Assembly: GCA_035546035.1 (NCBI GenBank)
Contig: DASZXC010000008.1
Span: 5,202-69,201 of the forward strand
DNA: 64,000 nucleotides
Origin: Minisyncoccota bacterium
GTDB taxonomy: Bacteria > Patescibacteriota > Minisyncoccia > Phycocordibacterales > UBA6065
Reading direction: 5' to 3'
Under the pieces are notes generated by a model that made no database searches, was not told the origin of the DNA, and saw nothing but the letters and a program-made list of their open reading frames with translations. This document shows, one piece after another, positions 37,402 through 45,910 of this stretch. The translations under genes were made by a program, and so were the position numbers. The stretch's first letter is position 1. Every line of letters begins with the position of its first letter.

Positions 37402-37845
37402 ATGGAAAAACTGAAAGTCTACGTCGCCCTGTCTCTGACCCATGTGAAGACGGAAGCGGAGAAAGACGAGGTTCGAGCATTCATGAAATGGCTCCCGGCG
37501 ACATTCGACGTCGAGATCCTGAAATGGGCGTTCGACCTCGAACGCTGGGAGCCCCAACCCGTTGCGGACATCTACGCATACGACACCGAGCGCGTAAAGG
37601 CCGCGGACCTCATGATCGTCCTGTATCTTTCGAACGACGGTTCGGACGGCCGCGGCGGCGAAGTCGTCAATCGGGTCGAGAACGGCGGCGGAAAGCCTGT
37701 CCTCGGCTTTGCCCGGGAAGGCGTGAGAGTGAGCCGCTATGCGGCCGACTGCCTGAAGGGAGCCGGAACGCCTATCCGGACTTTCAAGGAGTTCTCGGAA
37801 ACGGGACCTGCCATTTCCGAAGCCCTCGATCGCCTCCGCCGATGA
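37402..37845 (+). CDS. Nucleoside 2-deoxyribosyltransferase / DNPH1(Rcl)-like protein
   Basis: 147 aa with a Rossmann-like pattern: KVYVALSL..., ADLMIVLYLSNDGSDGRGGEV (candidate catalytic Glu), GKPVLGF. It is embedded in the dTMP cluster. Confidence 0.4.
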   Translation: MEKLKVYVALSLTHVKTEAEKDEVRAFMKWLPATFDVEILKWAFDLERWEPQPVADIYAYDTERVKAADLMIVLYLSNDGSDGRGGEVVNRVENGGGKPVLGFAREGVRVSRYAADCLKGAGTPIRTFKEFSETGPAISEALDRLRR

Positions 37846-37855
37846 TATCCGGAAT

Positions 37856-37886
37856 GCGAAGCCGCCCTTTCGAGGGCGGCTTTTTA
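37856..37886. terminator. Bidirectional terminator between the NDT-like gene (+) and dCMP deaminase (-)
   Basis: gccgccct ttcg agggcggc followed by ttttt. Confidence 0.55.
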
Positions 37887-38435
37887 TTATTTCATATTCG
37901 GATAGGTCTCTACCGACGGATCGACGATATCGAGCTTTACGCCCGCCTCCTTAAAGACCTCCTTGGAGCGCTTCGATGCATGATAGTCTTTAGCGGCCAC
38001 AACGCGGATGATGCCTGAATTTATCAGGATCTTCGCGCAGGTATAGCAGGGCGTCATATGGCAATAGAGCGTCGCGCCGTTCACCGGGACGCCGTCGCGC
38101 GCGGCATTGGCGATAGCGTTCTGCTCGGCATGGGTCGTCCTGATGCAGTGTTTCGACTGCGAGCCGTCTTCATGGACGACCGTGTGCATCTCGTGCCCGG
38201 CTTCGTCGCAGTGAGCGACGCCTGCCGGAGCGCCGACATAGCCGGTGACGAGTATGCGCTTGTCTTTGACGATGACGCAACCGGAACGGCCGCGATCGCA
38301 GGTTGCCCTCTCGCCTACCACGTCGGATATCTTGATAAAATATCCGTCCCACGACGGACGGACATGTTTCGCAGTGACCGGAGAAGGAATCGCCGCGGCT
38401 TTTTTCATGGTTTTCGCTTTGGAGCTTTTTGCCAT
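37887..38435 (-). CDS. dCMP deaminase (cytidine/deoxycytidylate deaminase family)
   Basis: 182 aa with the HAEQNAI and PCYTCAKIL zinc-binding motifs. Confidence 0.85.
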   Translation of the reverse strand: MAKSSKAKTMKKAAAIPSPVTAKHVRPSWDGYFIKISDVVGERATCDRGRSGCVIVKDKRILVTGYVGAPAGVAHCDEAGHEMHTVVHEDGSQSKHCIRTTHAEQNAIANAARDGVPVNGATLYCHMTPCYTCAKILINSGIIRVVAAKDYHASKRSKEVFKEAGVKLDIVDPSVETYPNMK

Positions 38436-38462
38436 GCCCGAATCATACCTTTGTTTGGATAA

Positions 38463-38490
38463 AGAAAAAAGCCTGCTCCGGAGAGCAGGC
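38463..38490 (-). terminator. Minus-strand intrinsic terminator just upstream of the dCMP deaminase start
   Basis: agcctgctc cggaga gcaggct. On the minus strand it is followed by ttttttcttt. Confidence 0.5.
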
Positions 38491-38723
38491 TCGAGAAAAG
38501 GTTATTTGGGGGCCGTGACAGAATCGGCGCGAAGCGGCGGCGACGGAGCTATGGGCGGAACGTGCCCGCCCATCTCCCACGCGGCAAGAGCCGCCAAGCC
38601 TTCGAGCGCGCTTTTGTTCATCACCGAGAGAAGCGGTTTCGCCGGGGAATCGTGCAAAGGGGCATGTGTTTCATTCATAAAGAGGATCATTCGATGAAAG
38701 TATATCATCGCCGAAAGCACAGT

Positions 38724-38762
38724 AAAAAGCCGCGGGTCACTTCCGTGATCCGCGGCTTTTTG
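38724..38762. terminator. Bidirectional terminator-like hairpin
   Basis: aaaaagccgcgg ... ccgcggcttttt. Confidence 0.5.
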
Positions 38763-38763
38763 G

Positions 38764-39096
38764 TTAGTTCGCCGGATCGAGCCAATCGAACGGCACAGCA
38801 AAGCGCCGTCCGCTGCCCGTCCTGCGTTCCGATTGTCGGGGCCAAGACGGCCCGGAGACATCGCTCGCAGCGACGAAGACCTCGACCGTCAGACGGTCGG
38901 GGGCGATCATCGCGGGCATCGAGCGATGCTCGCTCACCGCGCGGGCGATCACCTTCTCCTTTGTCGCCGCTACAGACGGGGCGGCAACGAGAGGCGTGCC
39001 TGCGAGAAGCAAGAACAGCAGTCGAGGAGCAATCACAAAAGGGAGAATACGCCTCTTCCCCGTTTCTTGCAAGCCAGGCCGTGTTGATGAAGACAA
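38764..39096 (-). CDS. Candidate small secreted protein (TTG start), uncertain
   Basis: 110 aa with a signal-peptide-like N-terminus (KRRILPFVIAPRLLFLLLAGTPLVAAPSVAA). The stop lies immediately before the 38724-38762 hairpin. The start is non-ATG and falls inside a hairpin. Confidence 0.3.
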   Translation of the reverse strand: MSSSTRPGLQETGKRRILPFVIAPRLLFLLLAGTPLVAAPSVAATKEKVIARAVSEHRSMPAMIAPDRLTVEVFVAASDVSGPSWPRQSERRTGSGRRFAVPFDWLDPAN

Positions 39097-39148
39097 GAGG
39101 GCTCCGGAGGATCCTCTACATCCGAGTGGATCTTCCGGAGCCCTCTTG
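39094..39148 (-). terminator. Long hairpin immediately 3' of the rplK stop (end of the secE-nusG-rplK unit)
   Basis: 20-bp stem caagagggctccggaggatc / gatcttccggagccctcttg with one mismatch. The plus side is followed by ttttttattt. Confidence 0.5.
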
Positions 39149-39152
39149 TTTT

Positions 39153-39575
39153 TTATTTAACGTCTACGCCCATGTTCCGGGCAGTGCCTTCGATCATCTT
39201 CATCGCGGCGTTCACATCCGCGGTATTGAGGTCAGGGAGCTTCTTCTCGGCGATAGCTTTGACCTGGGCCTTGGTGAGCGTGCCTACCTTTACCGAGTTC
39301 GGCTTGCCCGATCCCAGCTCCTTCTTGAGCGTCTTGAGGATCATTTGGGAAGCAGGCTCGGTCTTGTAGATCATCTTGTAGGTTCGGTCATCGTATACCT
39401 CGATGATGGTAGGGACGGTCTCGCCTACGCGGGTCTTGGTCTCGTCGTTGAATCGCTTCACGAATTCGCCGATGTTGATGCCGGCGCCGCCGAGCGCAGG
39501 GCCGAGAGCCTGGCCGGGAACGGCCTTGCCGCCCGGAATCTGGAGCTTCAATACTTTGGTTACTTTCTTTGCCAT
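39153..39575 (-). CDS. rplK: 50S ribosomal protein L11
   Basis: 140 aa, MAKKVTKVLKLQIPGGKA..., canonical. Confidence 0.95.
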   Translation of the reverse strand: MAKKVTKVLKLQIPGGKAVPGQALGPALGGAGINIGEFVKRFNDETKTRVGETVPTIIEVYDDRTYKMIYKTEPASQMILKTLKKELGSGKPNSVKVGTLTKAQVKAIAEKKLPDLNTADVNAAMKMIEGTARNMGVDVK

Positions 39576-39594
39576 ATAGAGTGCCTAGATTATA

Positions 39595-40140
39595 TTAAAG
39601 CTTCTTAACTTGCAAGAAATCGAGTTCGACCGGGGTTTCGCGGCCGAACATCGAGACGAGGACCTTTACTTTGCCGCGCTCGGTATCCACTTCCGCGACC
39701 TTGCCTTCGAGGTCCTTGAACGGACCGTCGGCGATCTTGACCGCGTCGTCGGTAGCGAGATTGATCTCGTGCTTGACCGAGCTAGTGTCCATACGGCCCA
39801 TGAGATGGTCCATCTCCTTCTGGGTCAAAGGCACCGGATGCACGCCCGAACCGACGAAGCCGGTAACGCGAGGCGTGTTTCGGACGACGAACCATGAATC
39901 GTCGGTCACGATCATATCCACGAGGATATAGCCCGGATAGACCTTCTCCTCTTCCTCGACGCGCTTGCCGCCCTTGACCTTGATCTTCTTCTCTGTAGGG
40001 ACGAGGACGTTGAAGATCTTGTCCGTCATGTTGAGCGAGTCTATGCGCTGGCGGAGGTTTCGCGCGACGGCGTTCTCGTATCCTGCGTACGTATGGATCG
40101 CGTACCAGTGGCGTTCACCGCCTGTTTGCTGTTTCGACAT
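39595..40140 (-). CDS. nusG: Transcription termination/antitermination factor NusG
   Basis: 181 aa with NGN and KOW domains (WYAIHTYAGYEN..., KOW at the C-terminus). Confidence 0.9.
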   Translation of the reverse strand: MSKQQTGGERHWYAIHTYAGYENAVARNLRQRIDSLNMTDKIFNVLVPTEKKIKVKGGKRVEEEEKVYPGYILVDMIVTDDSWFVVRNTPRVTGFVGSGVHPVPLTQKEMDHLMGRMDTSSVKHEINLATDDAVKIADGPFKDLEGKVAEVDTERGKVKVLVSMFGRETPVELDFLQVKKL

Positions 40141-40141
40141 A

Positions 40142-40327
40142 TTATTTGTTGAGAATGAATTTCTCGAGGCCGAGAGAGAAGACGTAGTCCGCGATCGAAA
40201 GGACGACCATCGTCGCGACCGAGACGCCGATGACGAGGAGCGTATAGTTCATCGCCTGGCTTCGGGTCGGCCAATTGACGTGCTTCATTTCGCCGCGGGT
40301 CTCTTTGATATATTCGGTGAGTTTCAT
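40142..40327 (-). CDS. secE: Preprotein translocase subunit SecE
   Basis: 61 aa with a single TM helix and the HVNWPTR motif, directly upstream of nusG. Confidence 0.8.
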   Translation of the reverse strand: MKLTEYIKETRGEMKHVNWPTRSQAMNYTLLVIGVSVATMVVLSIADYVFSLGLEKFILNK

Positions 40328-40418
40328 GGTATAAGGGCTTTCGCCCCTTTTTGTTAATAAAAACCGCCCCGGAGGGCTAGGTTTTTATATGGTATCGCGT
40401 CTTTCGGAAAAAGCAAGC

Positions 40419-41204
40419 CTATCGGATCTCGTACGTGAGCGAGACGTTCGACGTGATCTTGTTCTCTCCCGTAGGAATGGAAGGCGCGGACTGGTTAGCC
40501 GCACCGCCCATGCCGTACGCCATATCCTTTGCGTAGTAGATCGGCGTCGGATAGCCGTAGTTCGATTCGTTAAAGCTTACGAGCCTGACGATCTTTACGC
40601 CGAGGGATTTCGCGAGGATCTCCGCCTGCTCTCGCGCGTCGGCGATAGCCGCGTCGCGAGCCTGGCGCTCGACTTTGACATGGTCGTCGACCGAGAACGT
40701 AAGGCCCGATATATTCGTGGCGCCGTACTCGCCGATGCCCGAAAGGAGCTCGCCTGCCTTGTCGAGGTCGCGCACCTTTACGGTCACGTTCTGCGATACG
40801 ACGTATGCCGCGAGAACCTGCTTGCCGCCGCCATACATCGAGGTCTGGACATAGTCGTAACGAGGATAGATGTTGTACGACTCGGTCTTGATGTCCTTGT
40901 CTTCGATGCCCGCTTTCTTAAGGTAATCGAGGATGGCATTCATGCCGTCAGCCGACTTTTTCTGGGCTTCAGGGACCGAAGCGCCTTCTTTTTCGACCGC
41001 GAACGTGAACGTCGCGATATCCGGAGCGGTCACGACCTCGCCCGTGCCCGAAACGGTGATGGTATCGGAAGACGGAACGCCTGCGCCGATATAGCTCATT
41101 CCCTTGAGCTCCGACACCGTTTTAGCGGCGACGAATGCGATAAGGAGAGCGAGGAGCGCATATGCGAGATTCTTGAACTGCTTCTGACTGAAGAGATTTT
41201 CCAT
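40419..41204 (-). CDS. SIMPL-domain (DUF541/YggE-like) periplasmic protein
   Basis: The likely start is the internal Met (MENLFSQ...). The ORF track extends to 41252 and would overlap folD. It has a signal anchor and the SIMPL pattern. Confidence 0.65.
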   Translation of the reverse strand: MENLFSQKQFKNLAYALLALLIAFVAAKTVSELKGMSYIGAGVPSSDTITVSGTGEVVTAPDIATFTFAVEKEGASVPEAQKKSADGMNAILDYLKKAGIEDKDIKTESYNIYPRYDYVQTSMYGGGKQVLAAYVVSQNVTVKVRDLDKAGELLSGIGEYGATNISGLTFSVDDHVKVERQARDAAIADAREQAEILAKSLGVKIVRLVSFNESNYGYPTPIYYAKDMAYGMGGAANQSAPSIPTGENKITSNVSLTYEIR

Positions 41205-41214
41205 AATTGTTATT

Positions 41215-42090
41215 TTACTCGGGTTTTTCCGCCGAGACCATAAGATTATCAAATAATGCCAGAACAGTCATCGGTCCGACGCCGCCGGGCACGGGAGAGA
41301 TGACTGAAACGATATCCGATACGGCCGCGAAATCGACGTCGCCAGCGAGAGATCGCTTCGGGATCCCTTCTTCCGATTTCGCTCCGGCGACGCTGTTGAT
41401 GCCGACATCGACGACGATGGCGCTCTTTTTTATGAAATCTTTGGTGACGTACGAAGGCTTGCCGATGGCGACGGCGACGATATCGGCTTCGCGGCTTATC
41501 CTCTGAGGCTCGGCTGTTTGAGAATGGATGACGGATACCCTCGCGCCCCTCGATTGAAAAAGTGACGCTATAGGGCCGCCGACGAGGCGCGATCGGCCGA
41601 ATACAGCGGCATTCTTCCCTCTTACGGAGATGTTATAGAAATCGAGGAGCATCATGACGCCCTTCGCGGTAGCGGGAATAAAACGCGGATTGCCCTGTTC
41701 GAGAAGCTTTTGGTTCTCGTCCGTGAGCCCGTCAACGTCTTTTTTCGGATCTATCGCATTTATAAGGGCAAGCTTATTGATATGCGCAGGCACCGGGAGC
41801 TGGACGATGATGCCGTGGATCTTTTTGTCGGCATTAAGAGCGACGATCTCCTCCAAGACGCCGTCCTGCGATGCATCTTCAGAGAATCGAACGTGCTCGA
41901 CCGATACGCCTATGGCCGCGGCGAATTTCTTCTTTTGCTCTATATATATGCTCGATTCCGGATTGTCGCCGATCTGGATTATGGCGAGACATGGCTTGAT
42001 ATGGCGCTTTCTTTCGAACGCGGTAACCCTTTCGGCGAGCTTCGCCTTGTGAAAATCGCGGGCTTTTTTTCCGTCGAGGAGTAATGGCAT
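41215..42090 (-). CDS. folD: Bifunctional methylenetetrahydrofolate dehydrogenase/cyclohydrolase
   Basis: 291 aa, FolD throughout (e.g. GRSRLVG). Confidence 0.9.
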   Translation of the reverse strand: MPLLLDGKKARDFHKAKLAERVTAFERKRHIKPCLAIIQIGDNPESSIYIEQKKKFAAAIGVSVEHVRFSEDASQDGVLEEIVALNADKKIHGIIVQLPVPAHINKLALINAIDPKKDVDGLTDENQKLLEQGNPRFIPATAKGVMMLLDFYNISVRGKNAAVFGRSRLVGGPIASLFQSRGARVSVIHSQTAEPQRISREADIVAVAIGKPSYVTKDFIKKSAIVVDVGINSVAGAKSEEGIPKRSLAGDVDFAAVSDIVSVISPVPGGVGPMTVLALFDNLMVSAEKPE

Positions 42091-42102
42091 GGGCTGAATA
42101 TA

Positions 42103-43158
42103 CTACAGAATGAACATCGCGTCTCCGAAAGAATAGAAGCGATAGCGCCCCTCTATGGCATGACGATAGATATCGAGGATACCTTTCGGAGATTCCTTGA
42201 AATCAAGGAATGCGTCCACGAGGCACATGAGAGACGACCGCGGAACGTGGAAATTGGTGATGAGGCCGTCCGCGACCTTGAAGGCGAAAGGCTTTTTAAT
42301 GAATATGTCGGTCGATATCTCCGCGCCGCGAGCGGACGATTCGAGAGCGCGCAGAGCGGTCGTGCCGACGGCGATGACGGGCCGCCCCTCCCTTTTGGCT
42401 TTCTTGATCGCGGCACGGACATCTTCGGGAACTGTAAAAAATTCTTCGTGGAGCTTGCCGCTGCCGATCTCACGATCAGTCACAGGCGCGAACGTTCCCG
42501 CGCCGACATGGAGCGTGAGGAACGCGGTCTCAACACCTTTTACCCGAAGCTTTTTGAATACGGCATCGGTGAAATGGAGCGATGCCGTCGGCGCGGCTAT
42601 GGAGCCGGGGTTTTTGGCGAACGTGGTCTGATATCGCTCCTTGATCTCCGTTTCAGAAAGAGGCGAATCCTTTATGTATTTCGGGACCGGCATGACGCCC
42701 GAACTTTCCAGGAATCGTAGAAATCCCGCGGGTGCGAGCGCGAGCTTGAACGCGAATATATTTTCATCCTGCCCGACGACAGAACAGATCTGGCACCCGT
42801 CAAAGAAGAGCGAGTCGCCCGCGACGAGCTTGCGGTCGGAAATGCCCGACACTTCGTCTGAAGCCTTATCCCATTCGTTCACAGAGAAGAGTATCTCGAC
42901 CTTGCCTCCCGTCTTTTTAGACAGTACGACGCGCGCAGGGACGACCTTGGTCTCGTTCATGACGAGAAGCGCGCCCTTCGGGATGTAGTCGGCGAGATCA
43001 CGGAAAACAGCGTCCGCCACCATATCCGATCCTACGCCATATACGAGGAGGCGCGCCGAATCCCTCGGCTCCGCAGGCGCATTCGCCACTAATTCCGGCG
43101 GCAACTCATAAGCGTATTCGGGAAGGATATCTTCGGACGATTTCGAGCCTGATTTCAT
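42103..43158 (-). CDS. queA: S-adenosylmethionine:tRNA ribosyltransferase-isomerase
   Basis: 351 aa with the YELPPELVANAPAEPRDSARLLV N-terminal signature. Confidence 0.9.
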   Translation of the reverse strand: MKSGSKSSEDILPEYAYELPPELVANAPAEPRDSARLLVYGVGSDMVADAVFRDLADYIPKGALLVMNETKVVPARVVLSKKTGGKVEILFSVNEWDKASDEVSGISDRKLVAGDSLFFDGCQICSVVGQDENIFAFKLALAPAGFLRFLESSGVMPVPKYIKDSPLSETEIKERYQTTFAKNPGSIAAPTASLHFTDAVFKKLRVKGVETAFLTLHVGAGTFAPVTDREIGSGKLHEEFFTVPEDVRAAIKKAKREGRPVIAVGTTALRALESSARGAEISTDIFIKKPFAFKVADGLITNFHVPRSSLMCLVDAFLDFKESPKGILDIYRHAIEGRYRFYSFGDAMFIL

Positions 43159-43175
43159 GGCTCTAAGCTTATCTA

Positions 43176-43236
43176 TTTTTAGTACCGTAGCAAATATATA
43201 AAAACCACCCCGCCAGGCCTGGGGTGGTTTTTATAT
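43176..43236. terminator. Long palindromic hairpin (about 24-bp stem) between two minus-strand genes
   Basis: tagcaaatatataaaaaccacccc gccaggcct ggggtggtttttatatatttgcta. It shares a core with the 2254-2300 hairpin. Confidence 0.5.
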
Positions 43237-43249
43237 ATTTGCTAGAGGA

Positions 43250-43849
43250 TTAGAAGTTTATATCCTTCGCCGGGTTGAAGGCGCCGTTCTCTACGACCAT
43301 GATCTTGTTCTTTGCCGTGCCGCCCTGCTTGTAGGCCACGGTCACAACGAGGCCGCCCGATACCTCGTCGGCGCGGATGCCGGTGACGGTCACGTTAGAA
43401 CCGATAAGGTTGTACGACTGGTCAGCGAGCGTGCCGTTGTCGGTGAAGAGCACCGCGTATTGATAGGTCGTAGGACCCGTGGTGACGCCGATCGTGGTGA
43501 ATACGTACTTCGAGCCGCCCATGGACGCCTCGACTGCGGTGTCGCCGAGAGCGATCGAGCCTTTGACGCCGTCGGCATTGAAGCTAGCCTTGCCGTTCAC
43601 GAGAGCGACGCGGCTGCCGGTTTCGGCAGCCGAAACCGATACGTTCTTGAGCCTGCCGAGAAGGGACGTGTCGGCGGTGTCGGCTGTGACGGGAGCGAAA
43701 GTGTCCTTCGTCACGCCTTCAGGGACTTCGACGGGGGTCGTAACGACCGGGTTCGAGACGGTCGAAGATCCCTTGCCGCCCCAGACCATATAGCCCGCGA
43801 CGGCGAGGATGATAATAACGATGACTGCGATTATTCCTTTTTTATTCAT
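43250..43849 (-). CDS. Membrane-anchored secreted hypothetical protein
   Basis: The likely start is MNKKGIIAVIV... The ORF track begins at 43879. An N-terminal TM helix precedes a Thr/Val/Gly-rich ectodomain. Confidence 0.45.
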   Translation of the reverse strand: MNKKGIIAVIVIIILAVAGYMVWGGKGSSTVSNPVVTTPVEVPEGVTKDTFAPVTADTADTSLLGRLKNVSVSAAETGSRVALVNGKASFNADGVKGSIALGDTAVEASMGGSKYVFTTIGVTTGPTTYQYAVLFTDNGTLADQSYNLIGSNVTVTGIRADEVSGGLVVTVAYKQGGTAKNKIMVVENGAFNPAKDINF

Positions 43850-43890
43850 AAAATTAATCTTGAATCCTAAGTATAGCACAACCTAACAGC

Positions 43891-44982
43891 TTAATTGACT
43901 TCCGTAAAGAGAGTCTCGCCGCCCGTCGATTCCGCGACCGAGAACGTCATACGGCCGATCAATTGGCCGCGCGGGGTCTCGACGTTCACCCTCCAGAGCC
44001 CTGGCGTGACGTCCTCCATGCGCGAGAACGTGCGGAAACCCTTCTCCCTCCCGCCGGTTATAGAGAGGCCGATGTCGCTCACCGTGGCCCAATCCCTTTT
44101 CTCCGGATCGTATTTCTGCCATTCGTGGATAATATCGGTCGCGAGGTTCGTCGGCGCGAATACCGCCGTGAGCGCGAAGAGCGCCCCATTCGGATCCACG
44201 TGGATGACTGGGTCAGGGGTGAGAATATTGAACCATTGCTGCTTCTCGCCCACCGTGCGATAGGTGCCGTCAGGGAGCCTCTCGATAGACCGGTACACGC
44301 CCGCCTCTTTCAGCGCCAAAGGTATCGGCGGCATCAGATTGGTGAAATAAAGCCCGTTTATAAGGGCAAAAAGCCCTCCAAGGGAGACTATGAGCAACGG
44401 AGCGCTCTTGGACGTGCGGGCCGGAGCGAACCACGAGAGCACGTATACGAACACGCCGGTAATAATAAGACTGGCTATGCCCGACAGGAGGAACATCGCA
44501 TCGCCCATCTTTCCGAATATGACCGGAAGGAAGAATATGAGGTACGAGAAGAGCGCCGTGAAGAAGACGGCGATCTGGAAGCCGAGGCGGATATAGTTCT
44601 TGCGGAGCAGTTCGTTGCCGATGACGTAGCCCGCGATCATGAGGAGGAAGGGCCAGCTCGCTATGATCGAGCCTGACCGCGAATAGAACAGGAAGGACGC
44701 GCTGAAGAGACCGCCGAGGCAGAACTGCATGGTGAACACCGACAGCATGTGGATCGTCTCCGACCTCTCCATCTGCCCGCGGGTCATGCGGCGATGCTCG
44801 TGGAAATTGAGGAGCATGATCGAACCCGCCGACAGGACCAGATAGCTGATGAGGAGGAAGTTGCTATAGAAGACGTCTATCCTGCGCAGGGTAAGGCTGT
44901 CGAAGGTAAAGCCGATGACCAAGGTGACGGGCGAAACGTACCTTTCGTACTTCTTGAAAAATGCCCTGGTTCGTTCGAACAT
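43891..44982 (-). CDS. Polytopic membrane protein with C-terminal extracytoplasmic domain (hypothetical)
   Basis: 363 aa with about 6 TM helices followed by a soluble domain of about 140 aa. Confidence 0.5.
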   Translation of the reverse strand: MFERTRAFFKKYERYVSPVTLVIGFTFDSLTLRRIDVFYSNFLLISYLVLSAGSIMLLNFHEHRRMTRGQMERSETIHMLSVFTMQFCLGGLFSASFLFYSRSGSIIASWPFLLMIAGYVIGNELLRKNYIRLGFQIAVFFTALFSYLIFFLPVIFGKMGDAMFLLSGIASLIITGVFVYVLSWFAPARTSKSAPLLIVSLGGLFALINGLYFTNLMPPIPLALKEAGVYRSIERLPDGTYRTVGEKQQWFNILTPDPVIHVDPNGALFALTAVFAPTNLATDIIHEWQKYDPEKRDWATVSDIGLSITGGREKGFRTFSRMEDVTPGLWRVNVETPRGQLIGRMTFSVAESTGGETLFTEVN

Positions 44983-44985
44983 TGA

Positions 44986-45468
44986 TTACTTTTTCGGGGT
45001 CGTTGTCCCGAGCGTATAGGTTTCGGTCGAGGTCGCCGCGGCCTTCGGGCATGCATAGAGAGGCGCGAGGATATCGATGACATCGTTCGTCGCTTCGCCC
45101 GTCTCCGAGAGGCCGTGATCTTTCTGGAACTCCATGACGGCGGCGCGAGTGGACGGACCGAAGAACGCGCCGGCGTAGACTTTCCCTCCGGTCGTCTCAT
45201 ACGGATCGATATAGAAGCCCTGCTTTTCGAGAGCCTTCTGAAGGGCCGGGACTTCGGGGAGATAATACATGACGCCGCCGGGACCGCCGAAGCCGATATT
45301 CGATGGGTGCTCGACTTTCCTATCGCCGAACTGGGTATCGTGAACGAAATCGAAACAGAACGGAGCCTGCGCCATATGCGGGCCAAAATACAGGAACGCG
45401 GCACCTATAAGAATGACGACGCTAGCTGCGATGACCGAATTCCTGAATATCTTATTCTTCTTTTCCAT
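44986..45468 (-). CDS. Membrane-anchored peptidoglycan-binding-domain protein
   Basis: 160 aa. A TM helix, then a PG_binding_1-like stretch (FGPSTRAAVMEFQKDHGLSETGEAT). Confidence 0.55.
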   Translation of the reverse strand: MEKKNKIFRNSVIAASVVILIGAAFLYFGPHMAQAPFCFDFVHDTQFGDRKVEHPSNIGFGGPGGVMYYLPEVPALQKALEKQGFYIDPYETTGGKVYAGAFFGPSTRAAVMEFQKDHGLSETGEATNDVIDILAPLYACPKAAATSTETYTLGTTTPKK

Positions 45469-45910
45469 GAAGGCATTCTAGCAGATTTCCCGCTTTTAGA
45501 GAGATAATCGCCGGAATCGCCCCTAAGGTTTCAAGAATAAGATCGCCCATGGTATCGGTATTAGTCGGCTGCGCCATTTGATTCGGATCCGTTAGATTTA
45601 TATGGAAAAGGACTATACGGATATGGTCATACGCGAATTCAGCCGCTTCCCATCCGACGGCGACGAGCGCGACCAGAGATAATAGATAGAGCGGGCTTCT
45701 GACCCGGCCCTTGCCGAGCCATGCGAATCCGAACGGCAGAGCGAGACCGTTCAGTATATGGAGGAATCCGTCATATCCGAATATGCCTGCATTGCAGCCG
45801 AAATACGGCAGACACAGGCCGTCGCGCATCAACGAATATCGAAGGCTCAACGCAAAAGCCGCAATGAATACCCCGCCAGTCATGATAAATGCGCGTTTGT
45901 CCCTGTTCAC
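45452..45910 (-). CDS. Hypothetical membrane protein
   Basis: 152-aa hydrophobic ORF. It overlaps the downstream gene by 17 nt. Confidence 0.35.
   Translation of the reverse strand: MNRDKRAFIMTGGVFIAAFALSLRYSLMRDGLCLPYFGCNAGIFGYDGFLHILNGLALPFGFAWLGKGRVRSPLYLLSLVALVAVGWEAAEFAYDHIRIVLFHINLTDPNQMAQPTNTDTMGDLILETLGAIPAIISLKAGNLLECLHGKEE

Noticed and set aside
38502-38861. 119-aa minus-strand ORF
   Set aside because: It contains the strong bidirectional terminator hairpin (38724-38762) inside its coding region. Only its C-terminal roughly 65 codons remain as a weak small-ORF candidate (see finding).
38562-39608. 348-aa plus-strand ORF, Arg/Ser/Pro-rich
   Set aside because: It is antisense to rplK and the terminator-rich gap. 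Its low-complexity Arg-rich composition is typical of a wrong-frame read-through in high-GC DNA.
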